Made by a program: the position numbers and the translations under genes
Shown here: positions 18,629 to 29,017 of the stretch, one piece after another
How the letters are laid out: every line of letters starts with the position of its first letter
Numbering within the stretch: position 1 is the stretch's first letter
Notes under the pieces: model-generated
Database searches by the model: none
What the model was told of the DNA's origin: nothing
The model's input: the letters and a program-made list of their open reading frames with translations, nothing else
Assembly (NCBI GenBank): GCA_949300385.1
Contig: CASGDZ010000001.1
Span: forward strand, 6,152 to 70,151
From: an uncultured Christensenella sp.
GTDB lineage: Bacteria; Bacillota; Clostridia; Christensenellales; UBA1242
DNA length: 64,000 nucleotides
Direction: 5' to 3'

Positions 18629-20485
18629 ATGGATAATTTAATGACGAGTGAAGAATTCGATTCAAGCATTGTAAATAATGCAGATTTAAACACAAATATA
18701 AATAATAAAGTTACGAAGCCTAGACAAAAATCGGTCAAATTAAAACCTATTGACGCACCTATTGATGCAACAGTTGAAGAAGATTTAAGCAAAAACGAGG
18801 TAGTTATTTCAAAGGGTAGGACGCGAGCAAATAATTTAAAAGTTATGTTTTTAGGCGGTATTGGCGAAATTGGTAAAAACATGACCGTTTTAGAGTATGG
18901 CAATGATATTATTGTTATTGATTGTGGTGTAATGTTCCCATCTGTTGATATGCTAGGTATTGATTTGGTCGTACCTGATATAACTTATTTGGTAGAGAAT
19001 AAAGATAAGATTCGCGGATTTTTAATCACACACGGGCATGAAGATCATATTGGTAGCGTACCATATGTGATGAATGAGATTAAAGCGCCTATATACGCTA
19101 GTAAAATGACATGTGGTCTTATAAAGAAAAAGATGGAAGAGCACAAGAAAATAGAGTATAAGACAATTGCTGTTAAAGCAAAGCAAAAGATTAAATTAGG
19201 TTGTTTTGAAATAGAGTTTATACATGTCAATCATGCTATACCTGGAGCGTTCGCGCTTGCAATAAAGACACCTGTCGGCATGGTAGTTCATACTGGTGAT
19301 TTTAAGATTGATTTAACGCCTATCTATGATGAAAAATTTGATTTCCATACCTTTGCAGAATTAGGTAAGCAAGGCGTTTTGCTATACATGAGTGATTCAA
19401 CGAATGCGGAGCGTGAGGGATATTCATTATCTGAGCGCGTTGTTGGCGATACGCTTGAAAAACTATTTATTGAGAATAAGGATAGACGAATAATAGTTGC
19501 GGCTTTTGCGTCAAATGTTGACAGGGTGCAAGAAGTAATGAATTTGGCTGAGAAATATAAGCGTAAAGTTGTATTGACTGGTCGAAGCATGGTTAATGTT
19601 ACAGATGTAGCATGCGAAATAGGTGAAATGAAAATTAATCGCGACAATATCATTGAAGTAGAGAAGATGAAGAACTATAACGACAGTGAATTGTTAATTT
19701 TGTCTACTGGTAGTCAAGGCGAACCACATAGCGCATTATCGCGCATGTCCACTGGCGAATTTAAAGGTATTGAAATAGGAGATAACGACACAGTTATATT
19801 CTCAAGTAGTCCAATCCCTGGAAATGAAAAATCAGTTAATAACATTATAAATAAACTTATCATACTTGGTGCTAAGGTTATATATAGTCAGTTGGAGCAA
19901 GTTCATGCATCTGGTCATGCTTGCAAGGAAGAGATGAAGATAATGTTAAACCTTGTTCGACCTAAATACTTTATACCAGTACATGGCGAACAAAAACATC
20001 TACTTGCACAGCGCGACACTGCTGTTATGGTCGGTATGGACAAACATAATGTATTGTTACCTACATTGGGTATGCGCGTTGAAGTTAATAAAAATTATTT
20101 AAAAGCAACAGGTACAGTTCCGTTTGGAAGTAGGCTTGTTGACGGTGCAGGGATAGGCGACATTGAGAGCAATGTACAAAAAGAGCGTAAACAACTTAGC
20201 GAAGATGGTTTATGCATTGTAATTTTGAATGTAAATACTAAACGCGGAGAGTTAAATTCGCGACCAGAGATAGTTTCGCGTGGATTTACTTACATGGGAG
20301 AAGCACAAACATGGCTTGATGATGCACGAAATACAATAATTAATAGCATTGACCATGATAGTTTGCGTGCGCGTGATTATGTAAATGTTAAAATTGCATT
20401 AAGGAAGGCATTGTCTAACTATTTAAATAAAAAATTAAAACGCAGACCAATGATAATTCCTATCATAATTGAAAGTAATGATTAA
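18629..20485 (+). CDS. rnj: Ribonuclease J
   Basis: LGGIGEIGKNM, THGHEDHIG, HASGHA and PVHGE motifs. Confidence 0.96.
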   Translation: MDNLMTSEEFDSSIVNNADLNTNINNKVTKPRQKSVKLKPIDAPIDATVEEDLSKNEVVISKGRTRANNLKVMFLGGIGEIGKNMTVLEYGNDIIVIDCGVMFPSVDMLGIDLVVPDITYLVENKDKIRGFLITHGHEDHIGSVPYVMNEIKAPIYASKMTCGLIKKKMEEHKKIEYKTIAVKAKQKIKLGCFEIEFIHVNHAIPGAFALAIKTPVGMVVHTGDFKIDLTPIYDEKFDFHTFAELGKQGVLLYMSDSTNAEREGYSLSERVVGDTLEKLFIENKDRRIIVAAFASNVDRVQEVMNLAEKYKRKVVLTGRSMVNVTDVACEIGEMKINRDNIIEVEKMKNYNDSELLILSTGSQGEPHSALSRMSTGEFKGIEIGDNDTVIFSSSPIPGNEKSVNNIINKLIILGAKVIYSQLEQVHASGHACKEEMKIMLNLVRPKYFIPVHGEQKHLLAQRDTAVMVGMDKHNVLLPTLGMRVEVNKNYLKATGTVPFGSRLVDGAGIGDIESNVQKERKQLSEDGLCIVILNVNTKRGELNSRPEIVSRGFTYMGEAQTWLDDARNTIINSIDHDSLRARDYVNVKIALRKALSNYLNKKLKRRPMIIPIIIESND

Positions 20486-21062
20486 AATTGATGAAAATTT
20501 AAAATTATATGGACAAAAAAGTAATGTGCCAATAAGTCTTGATGACACATTGGTATTTTTGTGTGATACAATTAATAAAAACAACTGTAAAGAGATTTTA
20601 GAGATAGGCACAGCGATAGGTTTTGGCAGTATAACAATGACAGAGAATACTAATCTATCACATATTGACACAGTCGAGATTGACGAAAATAGGTACAAAT
20701 TAGCAGTTGAGAATATTTCTAATCATGGGCTAAATGATAAAATTTCAATCTTTCACACTGATGCTATGGATTATTTAAAATCTAATACAAAAAAATACGA
20801 TTTTATTTATCTAGATGGGCCGAAAGGTCAGTATATAAATTATTTACCCTACATTAAAAAATCATTGAACAAAGGTGGAATAATAGTTGCTGATAATTTA
20901 TATTTTCATGGTATGGTAACAGGTAAAATACTTGTTTCTAAAGGTTGTAGGGCTATGATTAAAGGATTAAAAAAATATATTGATGCAATAGTGACTGACG
21001 ATGAACTAGATAGTAAAATTTTAGATATTGGTGATGGATTAGGCATATCTATAAAAAAATGA
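20478..21062 (+). CDS. O-methyltransferase (TrmR/YrrM-like)
   Basis: LEIGTAIG, DFIYLDGPKGQY and ADN motifs; near a U32 gene. Confidence 0.88.
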   Translation: MIKIDENLKLYGQKSNVPISLDDTLVFLCDTINKNNCKEILEIGTAIGFGSITMTENTNLSHIDTVEIDENRYKLAVENISNHGLNDKISIFHTDAMDYLKSNTKKYDFIYLDGPKGQYINYLPYIKKSLNKGGIIVADNLYFHGMVTGKILVSKGCRAMIKGLKKYIDAIVTDDELDSKILDIGDGLGISIKK

Positions 21063-21088
21063 AAAAGTGAGATTATTCTCACTTTTTT
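21062..21088. terminator. Bidirectional terminator
   Basis: AAAAAGTGAGA-TTAT-TCTCACTTTTT. Confidence 0.8.
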
Positions 21089-21120
21089 ATATTAATAAAG
21101 TCACATAATGTTTGGATTTT

Positions 21121-21690
21121 TTATGCTTTAATGGTCATATTTGTTTCAAGCGATACATTTTCATCAATGCTTTGGTTAATATTTTTCTCTAACTTTATTA
21201 TACAAAAATGGTCATTAAATAATTTGTTTGCATCAAATTCTTTAGTATTGAATTTTTGTAGCGCGATCCATGTAAAATATTGACATTTTATACTTAGTGA
21301 GCAAGCGCCTAAATCATGCCTTGTGTTTGTTTCATCAAATATTTGTTTATGATTAAATTTTACGGACAAAGCATATATTGTTCTTGAATTATGAGGTATA
21401 CAAATCATGTATTTGTTTTCTTCTTTAGGTAATTGTATTTTGATATATTCATCATTATTTAAATATTTGTCAATTTGATCAATATTAACTGACTTTATAC
21501 AGCCATTTTTTATATTTTGTTTATCTTTGTCAACATAAAAACTATTGCATTGCGATAATTTTTTCCTATCATCATGTTTGCTATTGTATAAAATTTTGTT
21601 TGGTATTGCCCCATAGTTTTCTTGCAAATCGCTGTCGTATGCATAAAAATTACAAATGTTTTTGTCCGTACTATAAATTATATATTTCAT
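21121..21690 (-). CDS. Hypothetical protein
   Basis: 189 aa ORF with AAGGA RBS; no motif recognised. Confidence 0.65.
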   Translation of the reverse strand: MKYIIYSTDKNICNFYAYDSDLQENYGAIPNKILYNSKHDDRKKLSQCNSFYVDKDKQNIKNGCIKSVNIDQIDKYLNNDEYIKIQLPKEENKYMICIPHNSRTIYALSVKFNHKQIFDETNTRHDLGACSLSIKCQYFTWIALQKFNTKEFDANKLFNDHFCIIKLEKNINQSIDENVSLETNMTIKA

Positions 21691-21898
21691 AAATTCCTTT
21701 TATTAAATCAATTATATTTTATATTCGCACTAATATTATTATACTTTCTAATTATAAGTTTTCTTTAATTAAAATGAGAAAAATTTTTTCAGTGCGATTG
21801 TGATTTTATCACAAATTGGTCATTTTTTCAAGTCTTTTTAACAAAATGGTTGAAAAAAAGATTCAATTGTTTTATAATGTGTAAATAAAGGAGAAAGT

Positions 21899-23095
21899 AT
21901 GGAGTTACTCGCGCCTGCTGGAGATAAAGACAAATTAATAATGGCGATAAATTATGGCGCAGACGCGGTGTATTTAGCATCGACGCGCTTTGGTTTGCGC
22001 TCATTCGCAGGCAATTTTGACCTTGACGGACTGAAATGGGCGGTTGAATATGCACATGCTCACAATGTTAAAGTACATGTTACTGTCAACATTATACCAC
22101 ACGAAAGTGATTTAAGTGACTTGCCTAGTTATATCGAATATTTATCAAAAATTCATGTTGATGCGATTATATGCGCGGATTTAGGTGTTATAAGTATTGC
22201 AAAGCGCGTGGCACCAAACTTGCCAATACATGTCAGCACACAAGCCAATATTACGAATAGTGAATCAGCGCTTATCTACATCGGATTAGGTGTAAAAAGG
22301 CTTATTCTTGCTCGCGAAATGACCATTGATGAGATTGCCGAGTTGCGCTCTAAAATACCGAATGATATTGAATTAGAGGCATTTGTACATGGTGCAATGT
22401 GTATCAGTTATTCAGGTAGATGTTTGCTCTCTAACTTTTTTACAGGAAGAGATGCCAATCGTGGGGCGTGCGTGCAGGCGTGCAGATGGAACTATGCAAT
22501 TCGTGAAATAAACAAAGAACAAGAATATCCTATTGAAGAAGATGCACATGGTACATATATATTAAATAGCAAAGATTTATGTATGATTGACCACTTGGAT
22601 AAACTTGAAAAAGCAGGTGTGAATTCTATCAAAATTGAAGGTAGAATGAAAACGGAATATTATGTAGCGAATGTAGTAAATGCCTATCGCTTAGCGCTAG
22701 ACTACCTTAAAACACATAAAGAATATAATCTTCCTGATTTTATAAGGAACGAAATTTATAAATCTAGTCATAGGGACTATTCATTCGGTTTCTATTTTGG
22801 AGATCCAAAAGAAAGTTTAGACTCTAGTTTGCCTGTTAGTGAATATGAATTTATTGCTGTCGTTTTAGAAGACAGTATAGACGGAAAGACAAAAGTTGAA
22901 ATGCGCAATAGATTTGCAAGCAATACTGACCTTGAACTCCTATCAAGGTTAAAAAATAATGAAATAGTACATATAGATAGTATAGAAGATGAAGAGGGTA
23001 ATGTTTTATCAGAATGTAAAATTCCAAAACAACAAGTTTATATCTATACATCAACACCATTAAAAAAATATGAAATATTAAGAAGGAAAAAGTGA
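21899..23095 (+). CDS. Peptidase U32 family (TrhP-like tRNA hydroxylation protein)
   Basis: ELLAPAG, HGAMCISYSGRCLLS, NRGACVQACR and KIEGRMK motifs. Confidence 0.93.
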   Translation: MELLAPAGDKDKLIMAINYGADAVYLASTRFGLRSFAGNFDLDGLKWAVEYAHAHNVKVHVTVNIIPHESDLSDLPSYIEYLSKIHVDAIICADLGVISIAKRVAPNLPIHVSTQANITNSESALIYIGLGVKRLILAREMTIDEIAELRSKIPNDIELEAFVHGAMCISYSGRCLLSNFFTGRDANRGACVQACRWNYAIREINKEQEYPIEEDAHGTYILNSKDLCMIDHLDKLEKAGVNSIKIEGRMKTEYYVANVVNAYRLALDYLKTHKEYNLPDFIRNEIYKSSHRDYSFGFYFGDPKESLDSSLPVSEYEFIAVVLEDSIDGKTKVEMRNRFASNTDLELLSRLKNNEIVHIDSIEDEEGNVLSECKIPKQQVYIYTSTPLKKYEILRRKK

Positions 23096-23982
23096 ATAAT
23101 CCTAGCAGTTTATTAGTTATATATAACCCACAGGCGATGCGCGGTAAAATTGATAAATTTTTACCTATAATTAAGCAGCGCTTATCTTTGCGCTATTCAA
23201 CTGTGGATTTAATGACGAGTTTATCTGATAATGGGGCAGAAGAATTAGCCTACAAATTTGCTAGTAAATACGATATAATTATATCGTGTGGCGGAGATGG
23301 AACGCTTCATCAAGTTATAAATGGTGTGATAAAAAGTGGATCTGACCCTATTGTTGGTATACTTCCTTTTGGCACATGTAACGATGTCTCTCGAACATTA
23401 GGTATACATCGCGACCTTAATTTAGCGATAGATTCAATATTAAGGTTAAACACAACTAAATATGATATTATGACGGACGGAAAAGATTATATATCATATA
23501 CTTTAGCAACAGGATTTCTTACGAATGTATCTTTTGAAACAAGTAGTACAAAAAAAAGAAGATTAGGTAGGTTTGCATATGTAATGTCGGCACTAAAAGG
23601 TCTATTTAATTTTAAATCATTACCTATGACCATTAAACTTAAAGATGAACGGATACATGATAAATTCATATACCTAATGCTATTTAATGGTAAATATGCG
23701 GGAGGATTTAAATTAGATTCTAGTGAGCAAGTGGACAATTCGCATTTTAAGTTTATTGCTATTAAGAAAGGCAAACGATTAAAAAGTTATTTTGATATGT
23801 TAAATTTGTTTTTGTATGGGGTAAAGGCAGTTAGAAAGAGTAAAAATGTAATTATTCGTGATGTAAAATCAATTGAAATAGAGAATCATTCTAATGAACC
23901 ATTTACAGTAGATGGAGAAAAATATGCATTTTTAAAGCAAAAATTTGTAGTTAATAAGCAAATTACAATGATAAAGAATTAA
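23092..23982 (+). CDS. Diacylglycerol/lipid kinase family protein
   Basis: YNP, GGDGT, PFGTCND and DGE motifs. Confidence 0.9.
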   Translation: MNNPSSLLVIYNPQAMRGKIDKFLPIIKQRLSLRYSTVDLMTSLSDNGAEELAYKFASKYDIIISCGGDGTLHQVINGVIKSGSDPIVGILPFGTCNDVSRTLGIHRDLNLAIDSILRLNTTKYDIMTDGKDYISYTLATGFLTNVSFETSSTKKRRLGRFAYVMSALKGLFNFKSLPMTIKLKDERIHDKFIYLMLFNGKYAGGFKLDSSEQVDNSHFKFIAIKKGKRLKSYFDMLNLFLYGVKAVRKSKNVIIRDVKSIEIENHSNEPFTVDGEKYAFLKQKFVVNKQITMIKN

Positions 23983-24029
23983 TGCTCATATTTGGGCATT
24001 TTTTTTGTACTAAATTAATAATATAATTT

Positions 24030-24254
24030 ATGAGTCTATATGATGTAAAATTAAACACAAAATGTATAGTTAAAGATATTGCAATAGAAGAAAAAACAAA
24101 ACTTCGACTGATGGAACTCGGAATAATTGAGGGTAGTGTGATAATAGTTAAAAGTAAAAGTCTATTAAAACATACGCTTTTAATTTCATTTAATTACTCA
24201 TGTTTTACAATAAAGGACAACCTTGCAAAATCTATAGAGGTGAACTATGTATAA
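24030..24254 (+). CDS. feoA: Ferrous iron transport protein A
   Basis: RLMELGIIEG; overlaps the feoB start. Confidence 0.88.
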   Translation: MSLYDVKLNTKCIVKDIAIEEKTKLRLMELGIIEGSVIIVKSKSLLKHTLLISFNYSCFTIKDNLAKSIEVNYV

Positions 24255-26406
24255 AGTTGCATTAATAGGAAATCCAAATGTGGGGAAATCTACACTATTT
24301 AATTCATTAACAAAATCAAGCGAGCATACAGGAAATTTTCATGGAGTAACAGTTGAAGAAAAAAGGAAAATTATAAATTTCGAAAACGAAAAGTATGAAT
24401 TTATTGACTTGCCAGGTATGTATTCATTGAATAGTTATACTTTTGAAGAAGAAGTGTCGCGAGATATAGTTTTAAATGAAGATGCTTATAGACTGATGAT
24501 AGTGGACGCCAACTCTATTAGAAGGAATTTATATCTCTGTTTGCAACTAGACGAATTAAATCTTGATTATAAAATTCTAATAAATAATTATGATTATTTT
24601 AGTAAAAATAAAAATTCTATAAATATAGAAAAATTATCACAAAAATTAAATAGAGAAGTAGAAATAATAAATGCAAAGAAAATAAAATTAAATAAAAATT
24701 TATTAAAAAATGTAAAAAATATTAAAAATAATAGCAAAAATATAATAAAAAACGATAAAAAAATAAAAAATTATGAAAATTTTAATAATTTTGAAAATAA
24801 TAATTATATTTTTTATGAAAAACAAATTAAAAATGATTATAAAAATTTAAATAAAATAAATTCATATTTAATTCCAATTATTAATAAAGTTTTAGCTAAA
24901 ACAAACATAGATATCGATAAAATAATTTATGTATTAAATGGAATAAAAACAGAAATAAAAGATGATGATAAAAAAATAGTTGAAGGGTTTATACAAGAGG
25001 CAGTTAAAGCTAGATATGATTATATAGATTCGGTATTGCGCGAATGTATAAAGGTAGACAAAAACTATGTATATGGGCAGTCGCGTGCAGACAAAATTTT
25101 ACTCAATCCATTCGTGATGACTATAGGTTTTGTCTCTTGTTTTTTGCTTAGCATATATATAATATTTTTCCTTTTAGGACCCCTTATTAGTGATGGATTA
25201 AATTTTGTTATTGATAAATTAATTTATACTCCCTTTATGAATTTTTTATATCTTAAAACTGAGAACATTTGGCTTATCGAATTTTTTAAAGGAGGATTTT
25301 TTTCTGCCTTTTCAATTGTCGTAAGTTTTTTGCCACAAGTCGTTTTGTTATTCATATTTTTAACACTGATAGAAGACAGCGGAATTATTGCACGCATGGC
25401 ATATGTGTTCGATGATTTGTTATCGTATTTTGGCTTAAGTGGGAAAGCGATTTATATAATGCTCTTAGGTATTGGGTGCAACACAATGTCATCTATGGCT
25501 AGCAGAAACATGAATAGCAAAAATTTAAAAATCAAGACGCTTATTTTAAATCCATTTATCAGTTGTATGGCGAGATTGCCTGTGCTTGTTTTGATTGCAT
25601 CTGCATTCTTTTCTTCTAAGGCATTTTTCGTAATCGCAGGTCTATATCTATTAGGTATTATTCTATTGCTTATAGTTGCTAAAATTTTAAACAAAACAAT
25701 TTTGCCGACAAGTTCTAGTTCTTTACTACTTGAATTTCCGCCACTTCGCGCTCCCGATTTTAAGCATATATTAGTTGTTGCGAAAGTAAATGCAATAGAT
25801 ATGTTAAAAAGAGTATTCTCGATTGTTTTATCAGTGGGAATCATAGTCTGGATATTAACTCATACAACATTTAATTTTCATTATGCTGACATCATAACTA
25901 ATAGCATTTTGTTTATAATAGCGGACAAAATATCATTCCTTTTTGCGCCTATTGGTTTAAATTCTGCGGGAATCGTATGTGCACTTATAGTTGGTATACT
26001 TGCAAAAGAAATGATTTTATCTACAATTTCAATTTGCAATAATGTACTAGACAACGCAGGACTTATTGCGTCATTATCGCTTGCTACAAGTGTCATTCAT
26101 TTCAATAATGCGACTGCTGTTTCGTTTTTAATCTTTACACTAATTTATGCACCATGTGTGTCCACATTATCGGTCATTAAAGCAGAGGCGGGCAGATTCT
26201 ATATGTGGCTCGGTTTGCTAATTGAATTTACTATCGCGTATTTGCTATCTTTCGTTGTATATCAGTCAATTTTAAACGGAATAACATTTGCTTTAATTTG
26301 TATAGTAGTTATAGCGCTGATAATGCTGGCTATTACTTACATATCAAAGAATATTAAAAATAAAAAATTGGCATGCCTGTTTTGTAACAAGTGTAATAAA
26401 AAGTAA
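24247..26406 (+). CDS. feoB: Ferrous iron transport protein B
   Basis: GNPNVGKS, GVTVE, DLPG motifs; membrane domain with EDSG, PFISC.ARLP and YAPC. Confidence 0.95.
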   Translation: MYKVALIGNPNVGKSTLFNSLTKSSEHTGNFHGVTVEEKRKIINFENEKYEFIDLPGMYSLNSYTFEEEVSRDIVLNEDAYRLMIVDANSIRRNLYLCLQLDELNLDYKILINNYDYFSKNKNSINIEKLSQKLNREVEIINAKKIKLNKNLLKNVKNIKNNSKNIIKNDKKIKNYENFNNFENNNYIFYEKQIKNDYKNLNKINSYLIPIINKVLAKTNIDIDKIIYVLNGIKTEIKDDDKKIVEGFIQEAVKARYDYIDSVLRECIKVDKNYVYGQSRADKILLNPFVMTIGFVSCFLLSIYIIFFLLGPLISDGLNFVIDKLIYTPFMNFLYLKTENIWLIEFFKGGFFSAFSIVVSFLPQVVLLFIFLTLIEDSGIIARMAYVFDDLLSYFGLSGKAIYIMLLGIGCNTMSSMASRNMNSKNLKIKTLILNPFISCMARLPVLVLIASAFFSSKAFFVIAGLYLLGIILLLIVAKILNKTILPTSSSSLLLEFPPLRAPDFKHILVVAKVNAIDMLKRVFSIVLSVGIIVWILTHTTFNFHYADIITNSILFIIADKISFLFAPIGLNSAGIVCALIVGILAKEMILSTISICNNVLDNAGLIASLSLATSVIHFNNATAVSFLIFTLIYAPCVSTLSVIKAEAGRFYMWLGLLIEFTIAYLLSFVVYQSILNGITFALICIVVIALIMLAITYISKNIKNKKLACLFCNKCNKK

Positions 26407-26469
26407 TTAAAACATTTTTAAATGTAAAAACTATTGAATATTGAAAAAAAATTTGTTATAATAAGCATT

Positions 26470-27786
26470 ATGAAGAAACCATTAGTTGCAATAGTAGGCA
26501 AACCAAATGTCGGGAAATCGACCTTTTTCAATAAGATTGCGGGCGAAAAGATTAGTATAGTTGAAGATATCCCAGGGGTTACAAGGGATAGAATTTTTGC
26601 CAACGCAGAATGGTGCGGATATTCATTTCAAATTGTTGATACGGGCGGATTAGATTTTAATAAGGAAGACGAGATTAATAAACGCATTATAGAACAGGCA
26701 AATCTTGCGATTGACTTAGCTGATGTCATAGTATTTTTTGTAGACGGGAAAGAGGGATTAACTTCGCAGGATATGGAAGTCGCAAATCATCTGCGTAGAG
26801 CAAAAGCGCCCAAGATTGTCGCAGTAAATAAACTGGATAACTACGAGAGAGAAAAAGCGTACGAGTTTTATGAATTAGGTTTAGGTGAACCTATTCCAAT
26901 TTCGGCTGAGCAAAGTAAAGGTATCGGTGACCTATTAGATGAAATTGTAAAGAACATAAAGAAGATTGAGAAGAATGATGAAACGGAAGATATTAAAATA
27001 GCGATAGTCGGTAAACCAAATGCAGGTAAATCATCTATTACAAATAGACTTTTAGGCGAAGATAGAGTAGTGGTAAGTTCGGTGGCGGGAACTACGCGTG
27101 ACGCAATAGATAGTCCGTTTAGGTGGAATAATAAGGATTATTGTCTAATAGATACAGCAGGACTTAGACGAAAATCAAAAATTGAACCTGATAGTATAGA
27201 GCGATATAGTGTAATACGAAGTTTAAATGCTATTGAGCGTTGTGATGTTGCGCTTTTAGTTATAGACGCCGACGCTGGTATAACTGAGCAAGATGTGCGA
27301 ATCGCAGGACTTATTCACGAACAGGGCAAGCCGAGCGTCATTGTAGTCAATAAATGGGATTTAATCGAGAATAGCGAAGAGAAGAGAAAGGCGTTTGAAA
27401 AGCAATTTGAAATAGACCTTGCTTTCATGAAATACTATGTAACAATTTATGTTTCTAGTTTAACTGGTCAGCGAGTTAGTAAAATCATGGAAATGGTAGA
27501 TTATGTTTTATCCAATGCTAAACGCGAAATACCGATGGCACTATTCAATAATGTACTTACAAATGCAATAAGTGTGACAGAACCGCCGTCTAAAAATGGT
27601 AAACGATTAAAAATAATTTTCGGAAAACAAGTTTCAACCTGTCCTCCAACATTTAATATCTATTGCAACAATTCGGCATTAGTCGAAAATTCGTATATTA
27701 GATATATTGAAAATAGTCTTCGTCGGGCGTTCGATTTTAAAGGAACACCTATTAAAGTACAATTTAAAAATAAAAATGAAGATTAA
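26470..27786 (+). CDS. der: Ribosome biogenesis GTPase Der
   Basis: Two GTPase domains (GKPNVGKS, GKPNAGKS). Start set at MKKPLV. Confidence 0.97.
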   Translation: MKKPLVAIVGKPNVGKSTFFNKIAGEKISIVEDIPGVTRDRIFANAEWCGYSFQIVDTGGLDFNKEDEINKRIIEQANLAIDLADVIVFFVDGKEGLTSQDMEVANHLRRAKAPKIVAVNKLDNYEREKAYEFYELGLGEPIPISAEQSKGIGDLLDEIVKNIKKIEKNDETEDIKIAIVGKPNAGKSSITNRLLGEDRVVVSSVAGTTRDAIDSPFRWNNKDYCLIDTAGLRRKSKIEPDSIERYSVIRSLNAIERCDVALLVIDADAGITEQDVRIAGLIHEQGKPSVIVVNKWDLIENSEEKRKAFEKQFEIDLAFMKYYVTIYVSSLTGQRVSKIMEMVDYVLSNAKREIPMALFNNVLTNAISVTEPPSKNGKRLKIIFGKQVSTCPPTFNIYCNNSALVENSYIRYIENSLRRAFDFKGTPIKVQFKNKNED

Positions 27787-27883
27787 TATGTATAGAATAT
27801 TTATCTAAAAAATCATCATGTTTTAAAAAATCCCTATTGACAATTACATTTTTTGTTGTATAATTTTGTCAAAAGGATTAATT

Positions 27884-28633
27884 ATGAATACAAATAAACT
27901 TGAAGTTAATAGCAAAGAAATATCTTTAGTTAAAATGGCAGAATTGATGAGTCAATATTGCAAAATTTATACAAAATATTATCCTTCAATGCGTAAATTG
28001 ACAAATAAAGAATATAAAGTTTTTTTAGAAAAAGCAGATTTAAGTGATAAAAATGCTAGAATCAAACTTTTAAATTCAATGATTATAAATATTTATGAAG
28101 TCATGGCTAAAATCTATGTAAAATATGATATGGTCATACCTTTTGAAGATAATATGAGTACTATGTATGAAATAGCTTATATATACATTATAAATAAAGA
28201 TGAACTCCCTAAATATATATCGCATTTGTTGGCAGAAGTTATGTGGATTGCGACAAATAAATTAAAAGTTAAAGAAATAAATTATAAATTACATAACATC
28301 GATGTTAACTATAGCGATATATCTAGAGATGTAGATAATATTGCAGTAAATGAAAATAATGAATATTATGATGAAGTATATCAACATGAATTAAATCAAA
28401 TATTAAAAGACCAAATCCATGAATTATGCAAAAGATATAGGCGCAGTGATATTGAAAAAATTATTTTAGATTATTTTGGTTTTCTTGATAGAAATAGTAA
28501 GAAATCATATAAAACACTATCAGAAGAATGTGAAATTTCATCAGAGCGAATTAGGCAAATAATTACAAAATATTTAAGGATTTTAAGACATCCGTACAAT
28601 TCTATGTATACAAAAGATTTCCTATACGAATAA
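27884..28633 (+). CDS. Divergent sigma-70 family protein (region 4 HTH)
   Basis: C-terminal ISSERIRQIITKYLRILRHP resembles RpoD region 4.2; weak region 1.2/2-like N-terminus. Confidence 0.6.
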   Translation: MNTNKLEVNSKEISLVKMAELMSQYCKIYTKYYPSMRKLTNKEYKVFLEKADLSDKNARIKLLNSMIINIYEVMAKIYVKYDMVIPFEDNMSTMYEIAYIYIINKDELPKYISHLLAEVMWIATNKLKVKEINYKLHNIDVNYSDISRDVDNIAVNENNEYYDEVYQHELNQILKDQIHELCKRYRRSDIEKIILDYFGFLDRNSKKSYKTLSEECEISSERIRQIITKYLRILRHPYNSMYTKDFLYE

Positions 28634-28673
28634 AAAAATCTCGCTATATGCGAGGTTTTTTATTATTTGTTAT

Positions 28674-28916
28674 TTATATATGAATGCAGTAACTTTTATT
28701 TAAATTTTTTGAAAACACAGACCATTTTTTAGTTAAAATTTTATCAAATACATCATTAATAAAAATACTATCATTAATTATGTCTAGTTTTATATCACAA
28801 TCATTCTTCTTGAATTTTACGGATATTAAATCTTTTGTTGAAGAAAATGAGTAAAAGTCAACACCAAATTCTTGAAAAACAAATTTTTGAACATCAATCA
28901 TACTTATTTCGTTCAT
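28674..28916 (-). CDS. Hypothetical small protein
   Basis: 80 aa, AAGGAG RBS, TTGACA-17-TACAAT promoter. Confidence 0.65.
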   Translation of the reverse strand: MNEISMIDVQKFVFQEFGVDFYSFSSTKDLISVKFKKNDCDIKLDIINDSIFINDVFDKILTKKWSVFSKNLNKSYCIHI

Positions 28917-29017
28917 AATTACTCCTTTTTATAATTGTATCATATTAATTTTGTTTGTCAATACTAACTTTGATAAAATTTGTTGATTTATTTTTTATTA
29001 AGTGATAAAATTCTTAA

